Origin: an uncultured Thermoleophilia bacterium
GTDB lineage: Bacteria; Actinomycetota; Thermoleophilia; UBA2241
NCBI GenBank assembly: GCA_963765635.1
Contig: CAVXXF010000002.1
Location: forward strand, 17,045 to 81,044
Reading direction: 5' to 3'
DNA: 64,000 nt
The notes beneath the pieces are model-generated. The model was not told the origin of the DNA. It saw nothing but the letters and a program-made list of their open reading frames with translations, and made no database searches. This document shows positions 42,824 to 53,060 of this stretch, piece by piece. Numbering within the stretch: position 1 is the stretch's first letter; each line of letters begins with the position of its first letter. Position numbers and translations under genes: made by a program.

Positions 42824-43261
42824 ATGAGTGCAGACCGCAGCCGGATCCTTGACCTGCTCGCCGGGGGCAAGATCACCGCCGAGGAGGCCGAGCGCCTGCT
42901 CGACGCGCTCGACACGCACGCAGGCGCCGCGGCGGCGTCCGGGTCGGCGATCAAGGGCGACCCCGAACCGCTGATCGCGGCGCTCCCCAAGTACCTCTAC
43001 GTCAAGGTCCTGGCGGCGAACGGCGACAACGTCGACGTGAAGATCCCCATCGTGCTCGTGCGCTCGGGGCTCAAGTTGACGTCGCTCATCCCTCCGCTGG
43101 CGATGGACAAGATCAACGACACCATGGCCGAGCACGGCATGTCCGTCGACTTCAACAACTTCAAGCCCGAGGACATCGACGAGCTCATCGGGGGCCTGCG
43201 CGACATGGAGGTCAACGTGGACTCCCAGAACGGCGACACGGTGCGGGTGTACTGCGCGTAG
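42824..43261 (+). CDS. SHOCT-like domain protein
   Basis: RSRILDLLAGGKITAEEAERLLDAL...VDVKIPI...GDTVRVYC. Confidence 0.75.
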   Translation: MSADRSRILDLLAGGKITAEEAERLLDALDTHAGAAAASGSAIKGDPEPLIAALPKYLYVKVLAANGDNVDVKIPIVLVRSGLKLTSLIPPLAMDKINDTMAEHGMSVDFNNFKPEDIDELIGGLRDMEVNVDSQNGDTVRVYCA

Positions 43262-43266
43262 TGACC

Positions 43267-44169
43267 TCAGCTGTCGTCCGGCGAGCCGGTCGGCGGCGCG
43301 CTCGCCGGCTCCAGATGGACGACGACGTCGGTGATCTGGCCGTAGGCGCTGCGCAGCGAGTCCTCGACCTCGTGCGCGATCGCGTGACCGCGCTCAATGG
43401 TCGTGCCGGGAGCGACCTGGACGTGCAGATCGACGTAGACGTGGCTCTCCGGTCCCCTGGTCCGCACGGCATGGCAGCCGAGCACACCCGTCACGCCGCC
43501 CGCCGTCGCCGCAAGCGCGTCGGCGGGCAGGCGGGCGGCGTCGCCGAGCGTGTGCAGCACGCCGCGCAGGATCCCCAACGCGGTGCGCAGGATCACGACG
43601 GCGACGAGCAGCGCCACGATGCCGTCGGCCTGTGCCCACCCCAGCCTGACGATGACGAGACTGATGATGACGCCGCTGCTGACCAGCACGTCGCTCAACG
43701 TGTGGCTGGCGTCGGCGATCAGGACCTCGCTGCCGAGCCGCTTGCCCGCTCGCCGCTCCCAGGTCGTGACCGCGATGTTGACGGCGAGCGTGCCCAGCAT
43801 GATGACGAACGAGATCGTCGTGACCTCGGTGGGCACGCCGCGCCCCGACAGACTGTCGACGGCGCCCCTGCCGACGGTGTAGCCCGCGACGATGAGCAGG
43901 AGGCCGATCAGGGCGGCGGCGAAGGTCTCGTACTTGCTGTGGCCGTATGGATGGTCGTCGTCGGCGGGCCGCGCGGCGAACCACATGCCGACCAGCCCGA
44001 TGATGTTCGACGCGCCGTCGAACAGCGAGTGAAAGCCGTCGGCCTCCATGGCCGCGGAGTGACTGATGATGCCGTAGAGGAGCTTGGCGAGCGCCACGGC
44101 CAGGTTGAGCGCGAGGACCACCCAGAGGACGTTGCGGATGCTTCGATATCGATCGTGCGATGACGTCAT
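43267..44169 (-). CDS. Cation diffusion facilitator transporter
   Basis: ADGFHSLFD, PADDDHPYGHSKYE, ADASHTLSD, VVVHLEP. Confidence 0.93.
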   Translation of the reverse strand: MTSSHDRYRSIRNVLWVVLALNLAVALAKLLYGIISHSAAMEADGFHSLFDGASNIIGLVGMWFAARPADDDHPYGHSKYETFAAALIGLLLIVAGYTVGRGAVDSLSGRGVPTEVTTISFVIMLGTLAVNIAVTTWERRAGKRLGSEVLIADASHTLSDVLVSSGVIISLVIVRLGWAQADGIVALLVAVVILRTALGILRGVLHTLGDAARLPADALAATAGGVTGVLGCHAVRTRGPESHVYVDLHVQVAPGTTIERGHAIAHEVEDSLRSAYGQITDVVVHLEPASAPPTGSPDDS

Positions 44170-44284
44170 TGAGGTCCATCCGGAGGTTGACGGACGAGGG
44201 TAGATGGTAGCAGGTGGTGAGCCCGCCAGTGCCGCGGTCAGTCGCCGCCCAGCCCCCCGAGAAGGTTGCCCAGGAAGCCGCCCT

Positions 44285-44536
44285 TCATCTCAGCTCCCTC
44301 AGCCGCTTCCTGGCATAGGAACGCATGGTGCCGAGCTGCAGCAAGGCGTGAAGACCCGCGACAAGGGCCATGGTGTACCCGATCACGGGGTGGATGTCGT
44401 CCACTGGCAGGAACCCCTCGACCTCGTCGTCCATCCCCATGCCGGTGAGAGCCGAAAGGGCGACGAGGCCGAGCAGGGCGAGGCTGGTGAGGATGGTCAG
44501 GTCCTTGCGGACCGTGCGCAGGGTCTTCGTGCTCAT
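44285..44536 (-). CDS. Small 2-TM protein (DUF4405-like, conserved His residues)
   Basis: ALSALTG..DIHPVIGY..GLHALLQ. Confidence 0.6.
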   Translation of the reverse strand: MSTKTLRTVRKDLTILTSLALLGLVALSALTGMGMDDEVEGFLPVDDIHPVIGYTMALVAGLHALLQLGTMRSYARKRLRELR

Positions 44537-44626
44537 GCCCGGAGTATCGGCGGCGAGACCTTAAGGCGGGCATAAGGGGAAGGCGCACGGGGGGACCGCC
44601 GCTGCGCTGGACGGTTCGCGGACGGA

Positions 44627-45793
44627 CTACCCTCGCAGGGCGACAGTGAAGACCGCGCCCTCGCCCGGACGACTCTCGGCCTTTATGCGCCAGCCGTGCA
44701 CCTCGGAGATGTTTCTCGAGATGGCAAGGCCAAGGCCGTGACCCTCCTGCGAACGCGAATCGTCCGCCTGGTAGAAGCGTTCGAAGATGTGCGGCAGATC
44801 CTTTGCGGCGATGCCGGGCCCGGTGTCCCTGACGCGCAGCGAGCTGCGCGTCAGGGACACCGACACCTCGCCGCCCACCGGCGTGAACTTCATCGCGTTG
44901 CCGACCAGGTTCGCGACGAGCTGAGCCGCGAGCCCCTCATCGGCCCGTACGACAACCAGAGGCTCGATATCGGTGGTCAGGACGATCCCTCTCTGCGCCG
45001 CGAGGGGAGCGAGACGCTCGGCTTCGCGGCCGACCAGCGCTGACATGTCCACGGAGCGGCCGTCCAGGGTCAGCGTGTCCAGGGCGGCGAGCCCGAGGAG
45101 ATCGTCGACGAGCTGCGCCCCGACCTTCAGCTCATCCTTGGCGGCGGTGATGTGCTCCTCGTGATCGCCGGTGCGCAGCGCCAGATCGAGCTCCGAGTTG
45201 ACCACTGCGAGAGGCGTGCGGAGCTCGTGACTGGCGTCGTGGGTGAACTGCGTGAGGCGCTCGAACATTTGTTCCGCAGGGGCAAGACTGCGGCGCGCGA
45301 ACCACAGGCCGAGCACGACCGTGAGCGCCGAGACGAACACGGCGGCGATGAAGAAGACCGCGATCTCGCCGGGGAGCTCCGCCGGCCCGATGCGGTCCTG
45401 GCCGGCCAGCTGCAGCGTGACGTCGCGGGCTCGGTCGAGCTTGGTGGTGAGCACGCGAAAGGAGCTTCCGTCGGCGCGCACCGTCTTCAACGGCTGGGCC
45501 TCGAGATCGACGGGCAGGCGTGCGAAGATGTCGCTGGCGTAGAGCACCCGCCCCTTGGTCGTGGCGAGCTTGACGTTGAAAGCCTCGCGGTGGAGCCAGC
45601 GCGCCTCCTCGACGGTGATGGGCAGCCGGATCTGCTTGTTGATCGCGGCCGCCTGACGCCGCAGACGGTTGTCCAGCTGGCGATTGACGTCCGTGAACTC
45701 GATGGCGATGAACACGGCTCCCAGCACCAGCATCAGGCCGAACACCAGTACGGTGAACTGGAGGGCCAGTTTGATGCGAAGGCGGCGGAACAC
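44627..45793 (-). CDS. Sensor histidine kinase
   Basis: DASHELRTPL, NLVGNAMKFT, DTGPGI, FERFYQ, GHGLGL. Confidence 0.93.
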   Translation of the reverse strand: MFRRLRIKLALQFTVLVFGLMLVLGAVFIAIEFTDVNRQLDNRLRRQAAAINKQIRLPITVEEARWLHREAFNVKLATTKGRVLYASDIFARLPVDLEAQPLKTVRADGSSFRVLTTKLDRARDVTLQLAGQDRIGPAELPGEIAVFFIAAVFVSALTVVLGLWFARRSLAPAEQMFERLTQFTHDASHELRTPLAVVNSELDLALRTGDHEEHITAAKDELKVGAQLVDDLLGLAALDTLTLDGRSVDMSALVGREAERLAPLAAQRGIVLTTDIEPLVVVRADEGLAAQLVANLVGNAMKFTPVGGEVSVSLTRSSLRVRDTGPGIAAKDLPHIFERFYQADDSRSQEGHGLGLAISRNISEVHGWRIKAESRPGEGAVFTVALRG

Positions 45794-45799
45794 GTGGCG

Positions 45800-46465
45800 T
45801 CAGGCGCGGATGAGGTAGCCCTTGCCGGGCACCGTGGTGACGAGGTTCTTGCCGAGCTTGCGCCGCAGATACGAGATGTGGACGTCGACCGTTTGCGAGA
45901 ACAGCAGGTCCTCGGACTCCCCCCACACCTGCTCAAGGAGTGTGAGCCTGTCCTGCACGACGCCCTTGTTGCGCAGAAGGTGCTCGAGCAGCTCGTACTC
46001 CCGCGGCGCGAGGCCTACCAGCGTGCCGCCCCTGCGGACCTCGTGGCTGTTGGCGTCGAGGACGACATCGCCGGACTGCAGCGTGGCGCTGCGCTCGGGC
46101 GTTGCACGCCGCATGAGCGTGCGTACCCGCGCGAGGAGCTCGTCGATGTCGAAGGGCTTGGGCAGATAGTCGTCGGCGCCGGTGTCGAGGCCGAGCACCA
46201 CGTCACGCTTGGAGCTGCGCGCCGTCAGCATGAGGATCGGCACCGGCGTGGGGTCGTCACCTTCTCGCAGTGCCCGGCAGACCGAGACGCCGTCGAGCTT
46301 CGGCAGGTTGAGGTCGAGAATGATGCAGTCGAAACGCTCCGCGAGGGCGCGACGCAGGCCCTCCTCACCGTCATGAGCGACGGCCACGGCATGGCCCTCG
46401 AGCTCCAGGAGGCTCTGCAGGTTGGCGGCCAGCTTGAGATTGTCTTCTACGACGAGGATGGTCAT
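45800..46465 (-). CDS. OmpR-family response regulator
   Basis: ILVVED, IILDLNLP, GADDYLPKPF, VDVHISYLRRKL. Confidence 0.95.
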   Translation of the reverse strand: MTILVVEDNLKLAANLQSLLELEGHAVAVAHDGEEGLRRALAERFDCIILDLNLPKLDGVSVCRALREGDDPTPVPILMLTARSSKRDVVLGLDTGADDYLPKPFDIDELLARVRTLMRRATPERSATLQSGDVVLDANSHEVRRGGTLVGLAPREYELLEHLLRNKGVVQDRLTLLEQVWGESEDLLFSQTVDVHISYLRRKLGKNLVTTVPGKGYLIRA

Positions 46466-46653
46466 GCGGCATCCTGCTCACGATACCTGACGCAGGTTAA
46501 GGCTGACATAACTCGGCCCGGCGATACGCCGGACGAGGCGTCGCGGATTCCGCTAATCGGCTCTTAAGGCGCGGACCTGCATCCTGTGCCCGGACAGCGC
46601 ACCAGAGAGGCTCCGATCCAACGCCTCGCGGTGCCGGACAAAGGAGGAGAGCC

Positions 46654-47052
46654 ATGAAGAAGCGCATGACAGCGTTCGCCCTGATCCTCGCGGTGTTCAC
46701 GCTCGCGGTGCCGGCGGGAGCCCTCGCGGATGGCGCGCAGTCCCCGGCGAAGGGCAAACGCGCCGGCGTCGCCGGTATCCGCGCCGGCGTGACCTGTCAC
46801 GACCCGTGCGACGACCCCTTTCAGCTCAAGGCTTGGGTGCGCGGCAGCAATCTCGCGGGCCTGAAGGTCAAGTTCTCGCTGAAAGGCAAGACATTCACCG
46901 CCAAGTGCGACGGCTCCGGGCTCGCCCACTATCACCTGGACATCAACCCTTCGAACTATCCGCAGGGCGTGGTGGTCAAGGTGACCGCCGCGATCAGCCA
47001 CGGCGGAGCCACGAAGTCGGCCTCGACCTGGTTCAAGCCGAACTACAACTGA
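46654..47052 (+). CDS. Secreted hypothetical protein (Ig-like beta-rich)
   Basis: SD AAGGAGGA; signal peptide MKKRMTAFALILAVFTLAVPAGALA. Confidence 0.75.
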   Translation: MKKRMTAFALILAVFTLAVPAGALADGAQSPAKGKRAGVAGIRAGVTCHDPCDDPFQLKAWVRGSNLAGLKVKFSLKGKTFTAKCDGSGLAHYHLDINPSNYPQGVVVKVTAAISHGGATKSASTWFKPNYN

Positions 47053-47149
47053 CGACGCTTCGCCTCATTCGTGGGCGGGCGAGGGTTTCCCGGACCTCGC
47101 CTGCCCACCCTGCGCTCGCCGGGCGTCGAGCCCGCTGCTGTGGCGCTGA

Positions 47150-47345
47150 GGGCTGCGCCGGCGAGTATTTCTGCAGCCTGCTAGGGCATCCCCTTGGACA
47201 ACACGACCAGCCTTCATACCGGCTCGATGCGAGGACCACAGGCGATCCGCGACTCCTCGGAGCAGTTCCTGCCCTACCACTACGACTTCGACCTCGATCT
47301 GGGGCGCGCGATCGGCCTGGTCGACTGCGGTGACGTCGCGGTCGC
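47150..47345 (+). pseudogene. Agmatinase/ureohydrolase N-terminal remnant
   Basis: GIPLDNTTSLHTGSMRGPQAIRDSSEQFLPY...LVDCGDVAV; frame disruption at about 47184; no catalytic C-terminal half. Confidence 0.65.
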
Positions 47346-47429
47346 GGCGGGCGGAAGAGCCGCCCGCCGCCCCGCCTCTCCCGACGCTTGAGCAAGGCGC
47401 GCTCCGGGGTATGCGTGTAGGGGGGAGCC

Positions 47430-48347
47430 ATGACAGCGCACGCACACCAGCAGAGCGCCCGGGCCGTTCTGAGGACCTCGTGGTGGGGCCTCACGTATCT
47501 GGTAGACCACCACGTGCTCCGCACAGACCCGCCCCTGATCCGCGGCCTCGTGCTCACCAACCGCTGCAACCTACGCTGTCAGCACTGCACCGTCGCTGCG
47601 CGCGGCCCGAAGGACCTGGACTTCGCGGAAGTGACGGCCGCCGTGGATGCCTTCTACAGGCAAGGCGGCCGCTGTCTGTACCTGGAGGGCGGCGAACCGT
47701 TTCTCTGGCGGGACGGCTCCCACCGGCTCGACGACATCGTCGAGTACGCCCACGGCCTCCGGTACCTGACCGTGGTCGTCTACACCAACGGCACGCTCCC
47801 CCTGCGCACGTCGGCCGACACGGTGTTCGTGAGTGTGGACGGACTCCAGGCCACGCACGACGCGCTGCGTGGCACGTCGTTCGAGCGCATCATGGGCAAC
47901 ATCCGCGAGTCGCCTCACTCGTCGCTCTTCATCAACTCTACGATCAACGCGCGCAACAAGGACGAGATCCGCGCGTTCTGCGAGCACGTCAAGGGCATCG
48001 ACAACATCCGCGGCACCTTCTTCTACCTGCACACGCCGTACTACGGGCACGACGCGCTCGAGCTCGGCTTCGACGAGCGGCAGCGCGTCCTCCGCGAACT
48101 CCTGTCTCTCTGCGGGAGCTACCGGATCCTCAACTCCCGCGCGGGGCTGGAGTCGGCCCTCAGAAACGACTGGGCGCGACCGCTGCACTCCTGCTCTGTG
48201 TACGAAGAGGGCGTCGTCTACGAGTGCTGCAGGTACTCGGGCGACCCCGAGCTCTGCCGGCAGTGTGGCTACCTGAGCTACGCGGAGATCGATCAGGTCC
48301 TGAAGCTGAGGCCATCGGCGATCGGCAATGCGATCAAGTACTTCTGA
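47430..48347 (+). CDS. Radical SAM protein with C-terminal Cys cluster
   Basis: TNRCNLRCQHC, EGGEPF, YTNG, VSVDG; C-terminal C...CC...CRQC. Confidence 0.88.
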   Translation: MTAHAHQQSARAVLRTSWWGLTYLVDHHVLRTDPPLIRGLVLTNRCNLRCQHCTVAARGPKDLDFAEVTAAVDAFYRQGGRCLYLEGGEPFLWRDGSHRLDDIVEYAHGLRYLTVVVYTNGTLPLRTSADTVFVSVDGLQATHDALRGTSFERIMGNIRESPHSSLFINSTINARNKDEIRAFCEHVKGIDNIRGTFFYLHTPYYGHDALELGFDERQRVLRELLSLCGSYRILNSRAGLESALRNDWARPLHSCSVYEEGVVYECCRYSGDPELCRQCGYLSYAEIDQVLKLRPSAIGNAIKYF

Positions 48348-49644
48348 CATCGAGAGGCTCTTCCGGCGCTCTCTCGTGAGGCTCCTCACCGGAGAGCGCG
48401 AGATCCGCCTGACGCGGGCGGTCCCCTCGCCCGACGAGCTGCGCGAGAAGTTCACGCAGATCGACGCGCTCGGGCTCTACCTCCACATCCCGTTCTGCGA
48501 GCGCATCTGCCCGTACTGCCCGTACAACAAGGAGATCTACCGTTCCGACTTGGCAGAGGGCTACGTCAGAGCCATCAAGCGGGAGATCGACATCTACGCC
48601 GGCATCGTCGGCGACAAGCCGGTCACCTCGCTCTACATCGGCGGCGGGACCCCCACGACGATGCTGCACAGCGGCTTGGCGGACATCATCGGGCACGTGC
48701 GCCGCACGTTCGATCTGCACTGCGACATCCACATGGAGAGCCATCCCAACCACCTGAGCGCCGAGAACCTCGATGCCATCGAGGCGCTCGGCGTGCGGCA
48801 CCTGAGCATCGGCGTGGAGTCGCTGGTGGACCGGCATCTGCGGACCCTGTGCCGGCCGTACACCGTGAGCCAGGTCAAGGAGGCCGTGGGGCGTGCGGTC
48901 TCGCACGGTTTCACGTGCGTCAACGTGGACGTCATGTTCGCCCTGCCCGGCCAGACCGAGCGGGAGGTCGCGGAGACCGGCCGCGACCTCGTGAGGCTGG
49001 GCGTCGACCAGGTCGCGGCCTATCCGCTTTTTCTGTTCCCGTACACGCCCATGGGGAGGGCCGTCGGCCCGGGCGCACACGTGATCCGGCAGAGCCTCAA
49101 GAGGCGAAGGATGCTGCACGTCCTCGAGAGGATCTTCTACGAGAGTGGCTACGAGAGGACCTCGGTCTGGGCGTTCACGAAGCGGGGCGTGCCGCGGTAC
49201 TGCTCGGTGACGGTGCCGCTGTACCTGGGTCTGGGGGCCAGCGGCGGCTCGTACCTCAGGGACGTGTTCTACCTGAACACCTTCGGGGTGGCCGAGTACA
49301 TCAAGGCCCTGGACGACGGCGGCATGGCGATTGCCCTGTCGGTCGATCTTACTGAGAAGATGCAGCGCGCCGGCTGGCTGTACTGGCGGGTGTACGAGAC
49401 GCGCTTTCGCAAGGCCGACTATCGGGCTCGCTTCGGCGAGGACATTGACGCCGCGTATGGCCGCTACCTGACCGCGGCGCGCCTGCTCGGCCTGCTGAGA
49501 GACGACGGCGAGCAGATCACGCTTTCGGACAGCGGCGCCTTCTGGCTGCACGCGGCCGAGGACCTGCTGTCCATCGAGTTCGTGAGCACGCTCTGGGGTT
49601 CGTCACGGCGCGACCTGTGGCCGGAGCGGGCGATCCTGTCGTGA
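48328..49644 (+). CDS. HemN-like radical SAM protein
   Basis: LYLHIPFCERICPYC, YIGGGTPT, NVDVMFALPGQT, YLGLGASG. Confidence 0.88.
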   Translation: MRSSTSDIERLFRRSLVRLLTGEREIRLTRAVPSPDELREKFTQIDALGLYLHIPFCERICPYCPYNKEIYRSDLAEGYVRAIKREIDIYAGIVGDKPVTSLYIGGGTPTTMLHSGLADIIGHVRRTFDLHCDIHMESHPNHLSAENLDAIEALGVRHLSIGVESLVDRHLRTLCRPYTVSQVKEAVGRAVSHGFTCVNVDVMFALPGQTEREVAETGRDLVRLGVDQVAAYPLFLFPYTPMGRAVGPGAHVIRQSLKRRRMLHVLERIFYESGYERTSVWAFTKRGVPRYCSVTVPLYLGLGASGGSYLRDVFYLNTFGVAEYIKALDDGGMAIALSVDLTEKMQRAGWLYWRVYETRFRKADYRARFGEDIDAAYGRYLTAARLLGLLRDDGEQITLSDSGAFWLHAAEDLLSIEFVSTLWGSSRRDLWPERAILS

Positions 49645-49740
49645 ATGGACGTGGCGGGTGCGGTCCGCGTCCGGCGGGCGTGTCACGCGTTTCCCGCAGA
49701 GCATGATGACAAAAGGCACACAGACGGGTATCATGCTGCT

Positions 49741-50034
49741 ATGAAGCCGTTTCGCTGGAGTCCGGAGAAGAACGAGGCTCTTCAGGCCGAGCGGGGCGTG
49801 TCCTTCGAGAGCATCGTGGTGGCAATCGGCTCGGACGGCCTGCTCGATATCCTGGCCCATCCGAACCTGGCAAAGTACCCGCGCCAGCCCATCCTCGTGG
49901 TGGCCGCGGACGACTATGTCTACCTGGTGCCGTTTGTCGAGGAGGAGGGGTTCTTCTTCCTCAAGACCATCATCCCGAGTCGCAAAGCGACGCGGGACTA
50001 CCTCCGGGGGAGGGACCTCGATGCAGAAGATTGA
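49741..50034 (+). CDS. BrnT-like type II toxin
   Basis: FRWSPEKNEAL..ERGVSFE..HPN..YPRQ..YLVPFVEE..FLKTIIPSRKATRDY; ATGACA-17-TATCAT 6 nt upstream. Confidence 0.82.
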   Translation: MKPFRWSPEKNEALQAERGVSFESIVVAIGSDGLLDILAHPNLAKYPRQPILVVAADDYVYLVPFVEEEGFFFLKTIIPSRKATRDYLRGRDLDAED

Positions 50035-50338
50035 CGCCTATGAAGAGGACGTCCTTGTCGCCTTCGAGGAAGGGAAGCTCGACTCGGTCGCCACCAAAGA
50101 GGAGCTCGCCACGCTCAAGGCGGCCGCCCGGGCGACGGCCATCAAGGACCGGCGCGTGAACATCCGCCTGTCGTCGGGTGACCTGAGCGACATCCAGGTG
50201 AAAGCGCTCGAGGAGGGCGTTCCCTACCAGACCCTGATCGCCAGCGTGCTCCACAAGTACGTCACCGGCCGCCTTGCGGAGCGTCCGCGTCCTGGTGGCG
50301 AGCCCGCGCGCGAGCCTTCGCCGAGACTCAAGCGGTAG
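50021..50338 (+). CDS. CopG/RHH antitoxin
   Basis: [34 protein letters not shown]; overlaps the toxin gene. Confidence 0.82.
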   Translation: MQKIDAYEEDVLVAFEEGKLDSVATKEELATLKAAARATAIKDRRVNIRLSSGDLSDIQVKALEEGVPYQTLIASVLHKYVTGRLAERPRPGGEPAREPSPRLKR

Positions 50339-50342
50339 TGCG

Positions 50343-51263
50343 ATGAACGTAGCAGTGGCGATCGAGAAACTGAGCAAGTCGTTCGGAAGCACACGGGCGC
50401 TGGACGGCCTCGACCTCGAGATCGAGGTCGGCGAGGTCCACGGCCTGCTGGGCCCGAACGGCTCCGGCAAGACGACGACCATCCGCGTGCTGCTCGGCCT
50501 GCTACGCGCCGATTCAGGCACGGTCCGGCTGCTCGGAAGCGATCCCTGGCGCGACGTAGAGCGGCTGCATCGCCGCCTCGCCTACGTGCCCGGAGAGGTG
50601 ACCCTCTGGCCGAACCTCACCGGCGGCGAGGTGATCGACCTGCTCGGGCGGCTGCGGGGCGGCCTCGACGCGAAGCGCCGCGCCGATCTGCTGGAGCGCT
50701 TCGAGCTCGATCCGACCAAGAAGGCGCGCGCCTACTCCAAGGGCAACCGCCAGAAGGTCGCCCTGGTCGCCGCCCTCTCGTCGGACGTCGAACTGCTGCT
50801 GCTCGATGAGCCCACTGCGGGCCTTGACCCCCTGATGGACGCCGTGTTCCGTGAGTGCATCGTCGAGCTGCGTGCCCAGGGCCGCACCGCGCTGCTCTCG
50901 AGTCACATGCTCTCCGAGGTCGAGGCGCTGGCCGACCGCGTGACGATCATCCGCGACGGCCGCCGGGTCGAGGTAGGGAGCCTCGCTGAGATGCGCCACC
51001 TGGCGCGCGTCTCGATCTCCGCCGATCTCGCCGGGCCGCCGGACGGCCTCGCGGCTCTGCCGGGGGTGCACGATCTGCGCGTGGACGGCACGCACGCGGA
51101 CTTCCTGGTCGACCCGGGCAGCCTCGACCGCGCGCTCACCGCGTTGACGACGATCGGGGTGACTGGCCTGACGGTCCGGCCGCCTACGCTGGAGGAGCTG
51201 TTTCTGCGCCATTACGGAGACGAAGGGGCGGCGCCGGGCGCGGAGCCGCACGTGACGCCGTGA
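50343..51263 (+). CDS. ABC exporter ATPase
   Basis: [36 protein letters not shown]. Confidence 0.93.
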   Translation: MNVAVAIEKLSKSFGSTRALDGLDLEIEVGEVHGLLGPNGSGKTTTIRVLLGLLRADSGTVRLLGSDPWRDVERLHRRLAYVPGEVTLWPNLTGGEVIDLLGRLRGGLDAKRRADLLERFELDPTKKARAYSKGNRQKVALVAALSSDVELLLLDEPTAGLDPLMDAVFRECIVELRAQGRTALLSSHMLSEVEALADRVTIIRDGRRVEVGSLAEMRHLARVSISADLAGPPDGLAALPGVHDLRVDGTHADFLVDPGSLDRALTALTTIGVTGLTVRPPTLEELFLRHYGDEGAAPGAEPHVTP

Positions 51264-51294
51264 CCACGCCGGGCGCGGAGCAGCCGGAGGCATC

Positions 51295-52890
51295 GTGAGC
51301 GCGCTCGCCGGCACCGGCGCTCTGGTGCGGCTCGCTCTGCGCCGCGACCGCATCGTCCTTCCCGTGTTCATCGTGCTCCTCGTGGTCATGGTTGCGGCCT
51401 CCGCGTCCGCCACGATCAAGTTGTATCCGGACGAAGGTTCGCGCGTGCAGGCCGCCGCGGCCATCAACAACACGACGTCCACCCTGGTGCTGTACGGCCC
51501 GATCCACGACGAGACCTCGATCGGCGCGATCTCCACCTTCAAGATGGGCATCATGGGCGCGATCGCCGTCGCGATCCTGGCGCTGTTCCTCGTTGTCAGG
51601 CACACGCGTGCCGAGGAGGAGACGGGCCGCCTCGAGCTGCTCGGCGCGACAGTCGTGGGACGGCGCGCGCCGCTCACCGCCGCGCTCATCGTGACGGCCG
51701 GCGCCAGCCTCGTCGCCGGCCTCGGCACGGCGCTTGGCCTGATCGCCGTCGGGATGCCGGCCGCCGGCTCGCTGCTCATGGGCGCGGGCTTCGCCTGCCT
51801 CGGCATCGCCTTTGCCGCCGTGGCCGGCCTCACCGCGCAGCTGGTGAAAAGCGCGCGGACCGCCGCCGGCCTGGCCGGCGGCGTGCTCGGCGCCTCCTAC
51901 CTCCTGCGGGCGATCGGCGACGCCTCGGCCGGCGACGGGTTCGGCTGGCTGTCGTGGCCGTCGCCGGTAGGCTGGTGGCAGCAGACCAGGCCGTATGCCG
52001 GGGACCGCTGGTGGATCCTCGCTCTGCTGCTCGGCCTCTCGATGGTGGTCGCCGCACTGGCCTACGCGCTCGCGGCGCGCCGTGACTTCGCCGCGGGTCT
52101 CCTGCCGGACCGGCCGGGCCCCGCCGCGGCAGCCGCCGGCTTGCGCAGTCCGCTGGCACTCGCTTGGCGCCTGCAGCGCGGCGGCTTCTTCGCCTGGGCC
52201 GCAGTGTTCGTCGTACTTGGCTTCGTGGTCGGCGGCATGGCCTCCAACGTCGCTGACTTCTTGAAGAGTCCGCAGGCCCAGGAGCTGATAACCAAGCTTG
52301 GCGGCGTGAGTGGTCTGCGCGACGCGTTTCTCGCCGTGGAACTGGCCTTCGCCGGCGTCTTCGCTGCGGTGTTCGGCGTGCAGGCGGTGATGCGCCTGCG
52401 CACGGAGGAGTCGGCGCTGCGCGCCGACCCCGTGCTCGCCGCCGCGGTGGGGCGCACATCGTGGGCGTGGAGCCACCTGACGATAGCCCTGGCCGGGGCC
52501 GCGGCGCTGCTCCTCGTGGTCGGCGTCAGCGCGGGGCTGGCCAGTGCCGTGCAGGTGGGCGACAGTTCTCAACTCGGACGGATCGTGGTCGCCGCGCTGG
52601 TGCAGCTCCCGGCGGTGTGGGTTGTCGTTGGCATCGTCGTGGCGGCCTTTGGCCTGGTCCCACGGTTCGTCGTCCTCGGCTGGGTCGCGCTCGTCGGCTT
52701 CATGCTGCTCGGCGAGTTCGGACCGCTGTTCGAGCTGAGCCAGGCGATCATGGACATCTCGCCGTTCACGCACGTGCCCAGGTTGCCCGGCGGCGACTTC
52801 TCTGCCGCGCCGCTGCTGTGGCTGACGGCCGCGGCCGCCGGCCTCATCGCCGTCGGGCTCGTGGGGTTCCGGCGGCGCGACGTGGGCTGA
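51295..52890 (+). CDS. ABC-2 permease, 12 TM (actinobacterial drug-exporter type)
   Basis: LRRDR, RHTRAEEETGRLELL, SPFTHVP, FRRRDVG. Confidence 0.88.
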   Translation: MSALAGTGALVRLALRRDRIVLPVFIVLLVVMVAASASATIKLYPDEGSRVQAAAAINNTTSTLVLYGPIHDETSIGAISTFKMGIMGAIAVAILALFLVVRHTRAEEETGRLELLGATVVGRRAPLTAALIVTAGASLVAGLGTALGLIAVGMPAAGSLLMGAGFACLGIAFAAVAGLTAQLVKSARTAAGLAGGVLGASYLLRAIGDASAGDGFGWLSWPSPVGWWQQTRPYAGDRWWILALLLGLSMVVAALAYALAARRDFAAGLLPDRPGPAAAAAGLRSPLALAWRLQRGGFFAWAAVFVVLGFVVGGMASNVADFLKSPQAQELITKLGGVSGLRDAFLAVELAFAGVFAAVFGVQAVMRLRTEESALRADPVLAAAVGRTSWAWSHLTIALAGAAALLLVVGVSAGLASAVQVGDSSQLGRIVVAALVQLPAVWVVVGIVVAAFGLVPRFVVLGWVALVGFMLLGEFGPLFELSQAIMDISPFTHVPRLPGGDFSAAPLLWLTAAAAGLIAVGLVGFRRRDVG

Positions 52891-53025
52891 CTGCGCACAC
52901 TGTTGAGGCCTTCCTGCACCCCTAACACCGCGGCGTCAAGCGCATCGGCAGCGCGTCGGAACCAGTGCTTCGGGAAGTGCTCGCGATACTGGATGCTTGC
53001 ATCAGCTGAGACCCGGTAATCACGC

Positions 53026-53054
53026 TTGACGTTACTAACGCGTAGCGTTACTAT
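53026..53054 (+). promoter_or_regulatory. higBA promoter with operator palindrome
   Basis: TTGACG-17-TACTAT; TAACGC-GTA-GCGTTA; ATG 6 nt downstream. Confidence 0.75.
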
Positions 53055-53060
53055 CTCAAC

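Noticed and set aside
44238-44288. 16-aa ORF MKGGFLGNLLGGLGGD coupled to the preceding gene
   Set aside because: Too short to distinguish from chance or a truncated remnant.
47194-47391. 65-aa ORF as a RiPP precursor for the downstream radical SAM pair
   Set aside because: The sequence matches the N-terminal part of agmatinase/ureohydrolases, so it is better explained as a pseudogene.
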